Shown here piece after piece: positions 27,903 to 41,700 of a DNA stretch of 64,000 bases. Location of the stretch: assembly GCA_964016885.1 (NCBI GenBank), contig OZ024755.1, positions 4,526,001 to 4,590,000 on the forward strand, written 5' to 3'. This stretch comes from Eledone cirrhosa. Its lineage: Eukaryota. Every line of letters starts with the position of its first letter. The first letter of the stretch is position 1. Under the pieces are notes generated by a model. That model did not search any database. It was not told the origin of the DNA and saw only the letters and a list, made by a program, of their open reading frames with translations. The translations under genes and the position numbers were made by a program.

Positions 27903-30900
27903 AAATTTACCCCAGTGTAGACCTCAGATTGTTGAAGCTCATGGAGGAGATGACGAGGGACTGTGACAAGTGGAGAGATGCTGTGTTGAATAGGACCCAT
28001 CCCACCCTTACAAGCAGGGAAAAGCAGGCGTAAAATGATGATGATGAAACTAACCTTCCATGCTTGTTCCACAGATATCTTTGTATTGGACAAAAGTTCC
28101 TGTTGCATAGTTGGCCATAACAGCGTACATTCTTCATACTTTCCTTCAATACTGAGAATAAGATAAGCTAACCACGGGGCATCAGGCAGTGATAGTTTCT
28201 CCATGAAAGACGGCAGATTCTGACCAGCAGCAATCCAATTGACAAAAGACCCTACAACTCCTTGACTTCTGTATTCTGCTAACATACACTGAAAATACAA
28301 ACAGGTTTATATTGATATTACACATACAATCCCATTCTTAGACATAAATATAGGAATTAGGAATAATAAATATAGCAATTCTGTTTATATACACAAACAA
28401 AGGTGTATAGAGGCACACATGTAGTGAACAGCCCCTCAGATACAAAATATCTGGAGTAAAAACCCTCATTAGACAAGCTTTTAAATTCTCATCCACTAAT
28501 GATGATTTAGCCCTTTACCCTTTACCTTACTCTATATTTACTATTATATTTTCACAGTAAAAGCTTTACCTTACATACTTATCTCTCATAATATCGAATC
28601 TATGAGATTTTGATATTATTTATTTTGAGTACCTTACCTTAACATCAGTATCAGCAGCCAGATACAGCCGGTTTGAGCAGAAAGAAGTGAGAGAATTCTG
28701 GCCGGATATGGCCGGTTTAAATGCGAAAGGAAATCTCACAGGAGAGAGATTAAAAAAAAGACACCCTTCGGTCATGAATGACCATCAGATTTTCACCTAG
28801 AAAGCTCTCTTCCAAGGCACAAGTCTGGACAAGGTTGTTTGTGGAAGACCAGTAGTCACCCATACATACTGGTCAACCCTCTACATGCCACTAATTCTAG
28901 TGTCTTTTCAAAGTTAGCTACAGAAGAAAGTTATTTACCTGATACTGTTCTGATAGAAGGGTTTCAATTTTCTTCAGTGCCTCTATGTAACGAAATGCAC
29001 ATTGTATGAGCTTATCCAGCACATAACAACAGTTTCTATTAAAAAAAAAGAAAAAAAAATGTATTAAAAAAGAAATATATAAAATGCTGTGATATGAAAG
29101 TTATACCACAGTTTGGTTTTAACATTTTACAACATAACAGGATTTTACTAACAAGTTACCCTAACACTAAGTCATTTAAAATATCATTCATAACTAATAT
29201 AAAATAATTTTATATTTCTCTAGTAACTATTCTAACATAATGTGTGATAATATAATTATACTTTCTCCAGTGGCAACCTAGTAAAGGTGCATGGCTTAGT
29301 GGTTAGAGCATTGGGCTTGCAATCGAAAGGTTGTGAGTTCGATTCTCGGACTGGGTGATGTGTTGTTTCCTTGAGGAAGACACTTTATTTCACATTGCTC
29401 CAGTTTACTCAGCTGTAGAAATGAGATGATAGGACTGGGGTCCCTATCATTAAATCACCCAAGACACCTCCAACGAGATATACCTTGGAGGAGGCCAGCT
29501 AAACCTGCAGAGGTGTGAGCTGTCACACACACACACAGCAGCAAACTGCTGTGGTATTATTTCATAGAACCAGAAGCGGTTTTGGCCAGGTTGATACCTA
29601 AAGGCTTAAACAATGATGATGATGATGTGGATGATAAATGTGAAACCTCAAAAACTTACCTGTCCAAACTCCATTTAGAAATCTTCAAGATGAGATGAGC
29701 CCATAATGTAATGACAGTTACAGAATCAGTAGCACAGGTTGTAGCTTGTACCTGAGTCTGAAAGATCACAAATAAAATATGAACAAGTAAACAACTGAAA
29801 TAAAACTAACAGATAACAAACTTACATTCAGATAAAAACATTATATTTGTGAAGTAATATAATTATTTCAAACATTGAATTACACAAGGCTAGCAATTTG
29901 TGGGGATGAGAAAGTTGATTATATCAACCCCAGTGAAATACTGGTACTTTATTTTATGAAACTCAGATGAAGAAAAGGCAACATTGACCTCAACAGGGTT
30001 TCAACTCAGAAAGTAGAGAGCCATAATTAAAGACCTGCAAATAATGAATTAGTCCAATATTCTAACAATTTCCTCAATCCCCACATTTATTTGTGAAGTG
30101 TTGTAATAATCATTAAATACTTTACCAGAATCATGGAATTAAATAATTTGGTCATGGCACCAGGAAAATCTGAAGAAATAAGATTTTTGGCCACTCGCAT
30201 AGGAGTTTCGTCAGCAAGTAAGACATTGTGGAGTGTTTTCAACAACCTATCAATCAAATAAAATAAGGTGTAAGAAATTTCAGGAAACTTTAAAAATAAA
30301 AAGGTCCAAAACTTTTAATCAATAAAAAGATGAAACACAAAATATAAATCGAAAAATAATTTTTTTTTAAATCGTACATAAATAGAATTCTTTCATTTTG
30401 TATTTTTTTGTGAAAATGATGCAATTTTATTACATTGACAGCAAGTTAAATATTTAAAGCAAAGTCTTTGTCACCATTTCTTCACCCAACACTCTCCTTC
30501 AAGAGCCTACCACACTGCTACAACCAACACTCTCCCTCAAGAGCCTACCACACTGCTACAACCAACACTCTCCCTCAAGAGCCCACCACACTTCTACAAC
30601 CAACACTCTCCTTCAAGAGCCTACCACACTGCTACAACCAACACTCTCCCTCAAGAGCCCACCACACTTCTACAACCAACACTCTCCCTCAAGAGCCCAC
30701 CACACTTCTACAACCAACTCTCCCTCAAGAGCTCACCACACTACACCCAACACTCTCCCTCAAGAGCCCACCATATTTCTACAACCAACACTCTCCATTA
30801 AGAGCTCCCCCACATCCTCACCCAACACTTTCCTTCAAGAAAGCCCACCACACTTCTACAACCAACACTCACCCTCAAGAGAGCCCACCACAATTCTGCA

Positions 30901-33900
30901 CCCAACACTCATTGTCTATTCATTACACCTTTATGATAACATTTCAAACAAACCAAATAGCAAAGTTATTAAAATTATATTCAACCAATATAAATGAAAT
31001 AGATAAAACAGATTTCCAATATAAATTCCCTCTCAACATAAACTGTAACTGTCGAAACCAAAATGAAAGCTAACATAAAAAAATAATTTGTTGTCATACC
31101 TCAATAAATTTTTCAACATTAAAAGAAGTGTTGTTACTTACCGATACATAGATCTGATAGATGGAAGCAGAAAAAATAGATTATCTTTATATACTTGGTT
31201 TTCTGTCAACATTAATGCTGTAATAATTAGTCCTTAGAGATGCTATTAATAGAGGCATACTCTGCTAAGTAAGAACTACTGTGGAACTACACAGAATTGA
31301 TTTTTGGTGGGTTGAAGGTTATAGGGAAAATTCCTGAATTTCCTATCAACAGAAACCTTCATGTTTATTCAGGGAGATATTAATAAAAACTCTTCTAATA
31401 TATTTGGTAAATTCCTACACTTCAACAACTCCTATCAGAAACATGAGATATAAAAATTTTGTTGGGGAGGAGACAGCTTTAGTTGATTCCAGCAGAAATA
31501 ACTTTATTTTATTGACAAAATGAATGACAACGACATCCCTAGCAGGAATTAGAGCTCAGGATATAATGTCTAAGAGTCTAGAGTCTGTCTGGAGCTCAGA
31601 GGTTCATCAGGTCAGTTCTTATCCCAGTTTCTGTGACGTGAAGTAACTAAGAGTACAAGACTCCTCCCTGGACAGGTCACCAGTCCATTGCAGGATTAAA
31701 TCCCCAGCTATAACAGTTATCGTATAGCAGTTATTAAATACAGTTATCATACAACAGTTAGTATATAACAGTTTATCATATAACAGTTGTTATATAACAG
31801 TTATTATATAACAGTTATTATACAACAGATGTTATATAACAGTTATCATATAAGGCAGTTGTTATATAACAGTTATCATATAACAGTTGCCTTATAGCAG
31901 TTATGATATGACGATTGTTATATAACAGTTGCCATATAACAGTTATTATATGACAGTTATAATATAACAGTTATTATACAACAGTTATAATAGATCAGTT
32001 ATTATATAAGTTATAATATAACAGTTGTTATATAACAGTTATCATATAACAGTTGTTATTTAATGGGTGTCATTTAACAGTTATTATATAACAATTATAA
32101 CATAAGATGTACAGTGAAATGAAATATAACTCACTCTTGATTTTCAATCAAGTATTGACCCTGATTGTAAAACATGGGTACACAATGTCCAATGATATGT
32201 ATAACAGCTTTAGTATAATATAAACTGTTGAGTTTGGAAAGTAATGGGATTCCATGGGTAATAAATTCAGCAACACTGAAGATGGAAAAGAAAATGGTTT
32301 AACAATGAAATATATATTTTAATAATCAACACAATAACAAAGAAATAAATATTTTGAATTTAGTATAAACAATACTATATTTTAAATTTAGTATAAACAA
32401 TACTATATTTTGAATTTAGTATAAACAATACTATATTTTGAATTTAGTATAAACAATACTCATTCACTTACCGAGTGAGGTGGAACTCAACAAATCAGAC
32501 CGAAGAAACAATGTTTCCATTGGTCTTTCTATTGCTGATACTATCTACCAGTCACAACTCCTGGCAGAAGGAGCAACATGAAATAAAGTGTCTTGCTCAA
32601 GGACATAATACATCACCTAGCCAGGGAATTGAACTCACAACCTCACGACTGTCTCTAACCACTAAGCCACACACCTTCAAATTAAAGTGTAGTTCTACTA
32701 AACACAAGTGACAACAAACTCATATTCCAAATACTTACTCATGCCCATATTTAGTCATTGTCATGGCAACATACATCGCTATTGGGTTGTCAACTTTTAA
32801 TCCCTGTTGGACAGGGGCCAAAAATGTGTCCTTTCGTAGTTCTGGAATATTGTCCAAGTCTACTAAGTTGGCCGTAGGCCCAAATGTTGACGGGTGAGGT
32901 AAAGTATCGTTATGGAGGTGAAGTTTAAACACAAGTTCCCAAGCCCAACTACTGAACTGTTGTTCATTGGTTTGTTGGTGTCGCACTACTAATGCTACCT
33001 ACAATAGACGCATGGCAAAAGAACAATGAGATGTTTCAAATAATACCTATCATATAAAACAACTAGATTATAGTCAAAGGTACCCTATGTACTTGAATAT
33101 AAGCCAAGGACTATGTGATGAAAACAAAATCGATGGTAAAATGGCGGCAGACTAAGGTCGGCTTATATTTGTCATCTACTGCTTATTAAATTTTGCTAAT
33201 CTATCTCAGGCGATAATTAATTTTTTTTTATACATTAAAAAACATTATATATAACAAAAAAATACATTACCAGAAATCCTGCATGTTATAAAATAAATAG
33301 GATGGGTTGGGGGAGGGTCTCGATATGTAAACAAAACGACTAATTCTGGTTTTTTAAAATATCAAGGGAGACAACCTAGAAAAATTAGCGATTTTCCCAT
33401 CCCCAACTTATTTCAACCCTCCCCACTATTATTTGGGACCTGAGAGTAAACATAATGTGTTGATTAGCTGCCTTGGCTTAGATACAAAGTTTGGTTTTGT
33501 CCATTTCTCAGACATAAAATAGAGTGAGTGTCGGTTTATATTCGAATATATAATTTAAAATAAATATTTTTTTAAAACAAAAGAATCTGCTTATAAGATA
33601 TTTGCCTATAAAATTATAAAATTGAAGAGACAAAATTTGAAATAAACCAATGTAGGGAACTCTACCTGCTTAACTCCTTCCATAAAAACTGAACCTAAGT
33701 GTTTGGATGTTATATAATTGTGATAAGCTTCAACCAGGACACAAGCCACATATTGATGGATCCAGAGAGGTAGGGCAAGATCTGTATTCTGAAAAGGAAA
33801 TAGATGGATATTAAGGAAAAATATATATACTGTAAATGTGGTTGGTGATAGGAAGGTCATCCAGCTGTAAAAAAAAAAACAGCCAAATTTACAGTTCCAT

Positions 33901-35755
33901 TGGAGCAAGGTATGACGTGGCCAATTCTGGCCAGACTTGTCTCTCGACATGGACAACATGTCTAACCCATGTAAGCATGGAAAATGGACATTAAACAGTG
34001 ATGATGATGATGATATATCTGAATTGGGGATCCAGCTTGATCATATGGGGACGGTTGCCTCCGATAGGAACCACTGGAAGGTATATCTGAGGACATTGCC
34101 TCAACTGTAAATGCATTCGGGAGTTTTATATCAACACTAGAACAAAAGGATGGTGATGGTCATCTATAAACCATAGTTTAATGAGGCTGTTTGCTTGCAA
34201 ACAAATCAAATATCATCATTATTCAATATAAAACTCACAAATACATATTAATTATTTCATTACTAAGATAGTAACTTAATGTAAGGTTCTTATATAAAAT
34301 TATGCTGGAAGATTTTAATTTAAATTGGAAACTTTTAAAATGGATGGTTTTATTTCATAGAACCAGAGCTGGTGTTGGTCAGTTTCATAACTAAAGGATT
34401 AAGTGAAAAATATACAATGAATCAAAAATATTTTCTACCTCTTTATTAAGTCCCCAGTTTAGATTGGAAAGGATCGTTCGTCCCAGAAGGTGTTCTGTTG
34501 AGCTAAGATCTGTGCTCACTATCCAAGAGCGAAGAATAGCCAAATCTCCATTATCCAGCTGCCAGTCATACATAGGGAGTTCTTTAAAAAGATATAATGC
34601 CATCTATAAAAAATAAAGAAAAATTGATAAACATTTTTATGAACTATACGTGTAAGACTAACACCCCCCTCTCTCTCTCTCGCTCAATTCAATTCAGTTT
34701 ATTGCCATTGCAAACAACAACACCCACTCCAAAAGAGTAAATTTTCGTCTAACTTTTTATATAATTCATTTTACTTCTTGTACATCCAACCCATGCAAGT
34801 ATAGAAAACAGACAAAAAAACTGATGCTGATGATGATATCTCCATAATTAATACTAGATAACTGTAATGCACTGGGGTCGACTTTCTCCTCCCCACCCAA
34901 AAAATATATATATATATTTGATGGCCTTTTCTCTAAATCAGAAATCATTATTCCATAAATAATGGTTCAAATCTTGCCGAGGTTAGTTTTGCCTTTCATC
35001 CTTACAACATCAATAAAATAAAGTACCAGTAATGCACTGGGTTGATTTAATCAACTTTCCCCTTCCCAAAGATTGTTGGCCTTATGTCGATATCAAACAT
35101 CATATATTACTATCTCTTGTCTTTACCTTTCATCCTTGCAAGATCAATAAAATAAAGTATATGTAATGCACTGGGGTTGATTTAATTGATTTTCCTCTCC
35201 CCACAAAAAAATTGTTAGCCTTGTCCCTAAATCAAAAACCATTATCACATAACTAAAAGACAAATAACAACAGTAAACAACAATAACAAAAACAACCTAA
35301 GCCAATTCCAGTGACTATGTTGTACTCACCCCTCCTATATTTCCGCGAACATCTCGTAGTTTATGAATCAAGAAGGAAATGGTGACTGGATGAACCTGAG
35401 CAATGGCTGATAGTAACTCACGACCAACTTTAGAACAGAAATCTTTGGTGTGGTCATAGAGGTAGGCAATCTGAAACAAGAGAACAGCTCTTATTGACAG
35501 CATGTATGTATGTCTATATGTGTGTCTACATGTGTATGTGTGTGTCTACATGTGTATATATGTGTGTCGACATGTATATATGTGTGTCTACATGTATATA
35601 TGTGTGTGTCGACATGTATATATGTATGTGTGTCTACATGTGTATATGTATGTCTACATGTGTATATATATGTGTCTACATGTGTATGTGTGTGTGTGTC
35701 GACGTATATATATATATATGTGTCTACATGTATATGTGTGTGGTGTGTCGACATG

Positions 35756-35786
<31 letters not shown>

Positions 35787-38700
35787 CTACATGTGTATAT
35801 GTATGACTACATGTGTATATATATATGTCTACATGTGTATATATGTGTCTACATGTATATATATGTCTAGATGTGTATATGTGTCTACATGTGTATATAT
35901 ATGTCTACGTGTGTATGTGTATGTGTGTCGATGTATATATATATATATGTGTCTACATGTATATGTGTGTGGTGTGTCGACATGTATATATATATATATA
36001 TATATGTGTGTGTCTACATGTGTATATGTATGTCTACATGTGTATATATATATGTCTACATGTGTATATATGTGTCTACATGTATATATATGTCTAGATG
36101 TGTATATGTGTCTACATGTGTATATATATGTCTACGTGTGTATATGTGTCTACATGAGTATATGTGTGTCTACATGTGTACATGTGTGTCTACATGTGTA
36201 TATGTGTGTCTACATGTGTATATATGTGTCTACATGTGTACACAATGAAGTAGGAGAAAAAAAGATATAATGAACCTCAAAAATCAATCATATTATAAGA
36301 AGTTTTCCACTTACCTCAAATACTTCCACAGTAATAGTTTGTATAAACTCTGTTTCACTTTCATGTCGACATTGAACCATGTTAGAGAAAGCAGTGAGAA
36401 GGTAGATAGCTTCAGAAATAGGCATTTTTTGGAGACTGTCAGCTAGTTGAGCTTTTCTTAATGGATCTAAAATATATAATATAATATAATATATATATTG
36501 CATAAATTACTAGAGTAAGCTTTAAACCTTTAGCATTTACATTACTCTATATATACTATTGTATTTTCACGGTAAAGGCTTTATCTCTCATAATATCAAA
36601 TCTATGAGATTTGGATGTTATTTATTTTGAGAACAATACCTTAATATCAGTATGAGCAGCTGGTTAACAACCGATTTGAACAGAAAGAGGTGAGAGAATT
36701 CTTGCCAGATATGGCCGGTTTAAATACTAAAGGGTTAAACATTCTGCAATAGGGAGTTAGTACATTAACCCTTTAGCAATTAAACCGGCCGTATCCAGCC
36801 AGAATTCTCTCACTTCCTGCTGTTCAAACTGGTCGTAACCGTCAGTTCATACTTATGTTAAGGTATTTTTGTCATGACACCCACACTTTACGGTGTGGGC
36901 TGGGTGCTTTTTTGGTTATGATACCAATAAAAAAAATTCTGAAAATTCTATTACAAAACTCAGTAGAGTGTCTAACCTTTTAATTCTGCTTTACACTGAT
37001 CGACGGACGGTAAGTTATCAGGAAATACATATTGATTCTGTCCCATATGCAACATCCACATTAGTTTCCATGTAGTTTCAAGAGAGACACTGGCATAGGG
37101 CATGTCGGTCATATATTGCCAGGAACCCATCCTGAAAGAAGAGAAAATAAAATCTATCAGCATTTTTAATAAAAAGAAAAATAAATAACCAATGTATGAT
37201 CCAAATTTTCGGCTTTTGAAGTGGTGAGAATATATGTGTATATATATATATATATATTTTATATAGTAATAATAATAATAATAAATGTGAAGACTAAAAT
37301 CCAAAGAGGGCTCAATAAGGATAAATATATATCAAATATATAAGAACCCTAGAACAAATATTTATTAAAGTAACAGATTAAAGTTTAAGCAAAGAATGTT
37401 TCAGAAGATCCCGTTAAGGTGAAAGCAGCGATTTTTTGCTTAAACTTTAATGTTATTTTAATAAATAAATTTTATATATATAAATATATAAATTTTATAT
37501 ATATATATATATATATATACATAAAAAATGAATAAATAAATTTAATTAAATTTTGCTTAATTCAAGAAGTATCAGCAATGGAAAGACCAATAGAAATAGT
37601 TTCCATTATATAAAAGTGTGTGTAAGTGTATGTCTGTGTGTGTATAAAGGAGGGTTGAGTCTCCAGCATAAGTTTGTACCGTGATAACTAAAAACAAAGT
37701 AAAGAACAAAACTAAAGTAACACCTACCTCTCAGCATTAAGAATGCAATGTACAGCACGTAAGAATAGTTGGTCAAACTCAACTTGTAATCGTTCCAGCA
37801 TTGCTGGTGGTAAACGTTGATTGCATTGATGGAAACTTAACCAATGGTCAGACGTGTACAACATTATTTGCCTGTTAAATATAACAGATAAAAAGGTTCA
37901 GGATTAAAAAACAAATCATTAACAGTTATTATTAACAAATCCTTAACAGTTATTATTAACAAATTATTAACAGTTATTATTAACAAATTATTAACAGCTA
38001 TTATTGACACACTGTTAAGTTTAACAAATTATTAAGTTATTATTAACAAGTCATTAACAGTTATTATTAACAATTATTATCAGTTATTATTGGCAAACTG
38101 TTAAGTTAACAAATTATTAACAGTTATTATTAACAAGTTATTATTAACAAATCATTAGCAGTTATTATTGACAAACTGCTAACAGTTATTATTAACAAAA
38201 TATTAACAGCTATTATTAACGAAACATTAATAGTTATTATTAACAAACCGTTAGCAGTTATTATTAACGAAACATTACCAGTTATTATAAACAAATTAAC
38301 AGAAATATGAAGTAACTGAAAATAAGAAACTTACGTGATCATGCGTCCAATTCTTTTATTTAACTGTCGATATCGAGACAGTGAGAAGGTCTTCAGGCCA
38401 CAACTAAGAATATCAATGAGGCTTGTAAAGAATGCAAAGGTTTTCATCATTATTGATTCAGAAGTCACATTCACATCATAAAACCAGGAACCTAAAAGCA
38501 AAAACAAACAAAAAAAATGTTTTTAAATGAAGTCCCCAAATTGAAATTGTCTTTAGATTTTTTAGGTCTTAACACAAAGAAATTTTGATAGTAATGTTTT
38601 TCATTGAGAGATCACAGCTCGGATACTAGAGACATGTGGTTAGAATGTATCAGGAAAGAATCACTGGACAGATTTTATGGGCAAAAGCAACCAGGGGTAG

Positions 38701-41700
38701 ACCCCGAGCAAGATAGTTGGATAACATCCTTGAGTTCGGTGAGTCTCGCTTAGGGATCCTAGCAGATCAATTGGAGAGAGTTGCTTCTGGCAGGACCCGC
38801 TGGAAGGAGTGTTTGAAGACTGTACCCCCCAAGATCCTCTCAGGAATAAGTGGGAGAAGAAGAAAAACAACAACAATCTCCTTTGTATAATTTCAGGTGT
38901 TGATAAAAGAGACAAACAATTTTTGTTTATATCAGTAGGTGATGTAACTGTTTTTACATGTATAGTAATGTCACATATCATCATCACAGTTATGTTTTAG
39001 ATAAATCTTCATTATTTTGTTATTGAATAATAATAAGAGGGCAGTGGATTAGCAGTATCGGTAGAGGGTCGGATGCCATGCTTTCCAGCATAGTTACGTC
39101 CCTTTACGGTCTGAGTTCAAATCCCATCGAGGATAACTTTGCCTTTCATACTTACGGGGTCGATAAAATAAAGTACCAGTAATATACTGGGTAATTGCTG
39201 GCCTTGTGCCAAAAGTAGAAACAATTATTTTGTTATTGAATATCTGACACTACTGGAACAGAAGATATCAATGGACATAGAAAAGGAAATTAGATACACT
39301 AACTCGAATTTAGAGTATTTCTGAAGAATTGTTAGTAGAAGGTAAACAGGTTAGAAAGATTATAGTTACCATCTAGGCTTGGAATCATCATGAGAACATG
39401 TTGGAACAACTCATTCAGAGCCAACTGTCCTAACATATTAACAACATCATTTTCACGAAGATATTGCCAAGCATTTTTTGGATCTTCATTCTGAAATAAT
39501 AATAATAACCATAATAATAATTGGATTTAAGAATATTTCACACATCTTATGAGGTGTACACTAATATAAACATAGACACAAATACTTTAATGATTTCAAA
39601 TAAATGTAAATATATTTTAAAATTTTATGGAATAAAGGAAAGTCTATTATTTAAACCCTGTTAGCAATAGTTTGATGTGTTTTCACAGACCAATTCAGTG
39701 CTCAAGAAGAGCCACTGACCTATTGTAAAATATTTAAAAAATAATTCAAAGTAGAAGAGTTTGAAATGTATTACTTCTTCGCCATCAGAATCTACCATAA
39801 TCCAGGCGCCATCATTGTTTTCTGTTCGTTCTTTAAGATTGGTATTTAAATGTTGTAAGAACTGTTCACGGCCTCTGGATATCAAAGAGAGAAAATATCT
39901 ATTAGGAAGCGATATAAGTAAAACTTAATAAACATAAGTGAAACACAAATGGCGGCTATATATTTTCAAAATAACTTTATTGACAGAAATCAGGGTGTTC
40001 CAAAAAATGTATACACACTTCAACATCATTCTAATAAATATTGCCTGTACAGGTAATTAAAGTGTGTATACATTATTTTGGGACAGCCTGTATTTATACA
40101 ATGCAATAAAGAAATGAAGAATAGAAGAAACAGAAAAGAAATAAAATGAAAGAAATGAAACAATGAAAGGAAGAGAAGGGGGGAGGGAGTGACAGATTCT
40201 TCACTCCAGTCTGAGCGCTAACCAGGTGATTGATTACATAAATGGCACAGGAGTTATAAACTAAAAACTAACATTGAAGTTCTTCTCAGCAGAGCTGTTC
40301 TGCTGGAGAATGAGTCGCAGGTGGCAGAGAGCAGTACGGCCACCAGATATGATGGTTAGTTGCAATATAAGAGGGTAACTGCCGGATGAATAAACAACCC
40401 CAGACCAACAATGGTAAAGTACTAGGGGAGATGGAGCAATGGATGACACCTGTAACTCCCAAGAAAACCCCCACAACCCAGTGATGTAGCTATGACGAGG
40501 CGAGTAAAGGCCACCTCTAAAAAAGCCTAGTCTTTGCTAATGTGGTTTTATGTGGTACAGGACTTTAGAGTTTAATGTTTAATGTTTAAAACTTACTTGA
40601 TTGGTTGAAGAATTGTAGCCAAAACTGTAACCATATGATCTAAACTTTGACTGATAAATGTTGTGCCATCATTGTTGACCAGCATTGGAATCTGTATATA
40701 GTGGGCTGCCCAAGATCCCACACCAGCTGGACAGCGGAGAATATGATTTAAAAGAAATAAATGGTCTTCAAATGAAGCCACTCTCAGCAGTACAGATACC
40801 TGGAAAAACAAGAAGAAATAGAAATGAAAACTTACTGAAACTAATTGCCAGCTAAATCATTTATAGAAATATAAAAATATATGATACCTGTGTGAGGTGC
40901 GCAATGCAGCAACTGCAGAGGATATGCAATGGCTGGAGAGAAATGAAGCAAGCATGCTCCATTGGATATGCAAATTCAATGTACGTGAACGACCGAGCAT
41001 GGATGAGCTGAGAGGGAAGCTGTGTTTAAGAGGGATAAGCTGTAGTGTGCGGGAGAGAAGACTGCGATGGTATGGATATGTGATGTGTTGAGAGAGAAAC
41101 TGTATAAGAGGGATAAGCTGTAGAGTGCGGGAGAGAAGACTGCGATGGTATGGATATGTGATGCGCAGGGAGGATGACCGCTGGGTAAAGAAGTGCCGAG
41201 AAATGCCAGTTGAAGGAAGTCACAGTAGAGGAAGACCACGAAAACATGGGCGGAGGTCGTGGGAGCAGACCTCAGATCGCTGAAGCTCACGGAGGAGATG
41301 ACGAAGGACCGTGACAAGTGGAGAGATGCTGTACTGAATAGGACCCGCCCCACCCTTGCAAGCAGGGAAAAGCAGACATAAAATGATGATGATAACTGAA
41401 GCGAAAACCAAATCAAACAGTGAGTGTGTTTTACTATATTATTCTGGCAATATTATAACAACATGACCCTCCCAAATATAACTGAAACTATTAAACAGCT
41501 GTGGTTGATGTTGTTATCGTCCTTACACAATTTAATGGTAGATTTTTCCACCATAATCCTGAATCTACATTTCAAATGAATAATGGCTTTTGATTTAGGT
41601 ACAAGGTCAAGAATTCTAGAGGAAGGAAATATCAAGTAAATTTACTCCAGTGTATTACTGGTACTTTATTTTATTAACCCTGTAATGATGATAGGTAAAG

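Noticed and set aside
27686-28054. ORF extensions past exon 22 (and past exon 2, 45101-45322)
   Set aside because: They run beyond good GT donors into antisense RTE tails.
29286-29360. tRNA gene
   Set aside because: The A/B boxes run straight into a SINE body found in many copies, and there is no complete cloverleaf.
30468-31073. 201-aa ORF (also 4482-4880 and 49401-49850)
   Set aside because: These are read-throughs of tandem repeats.
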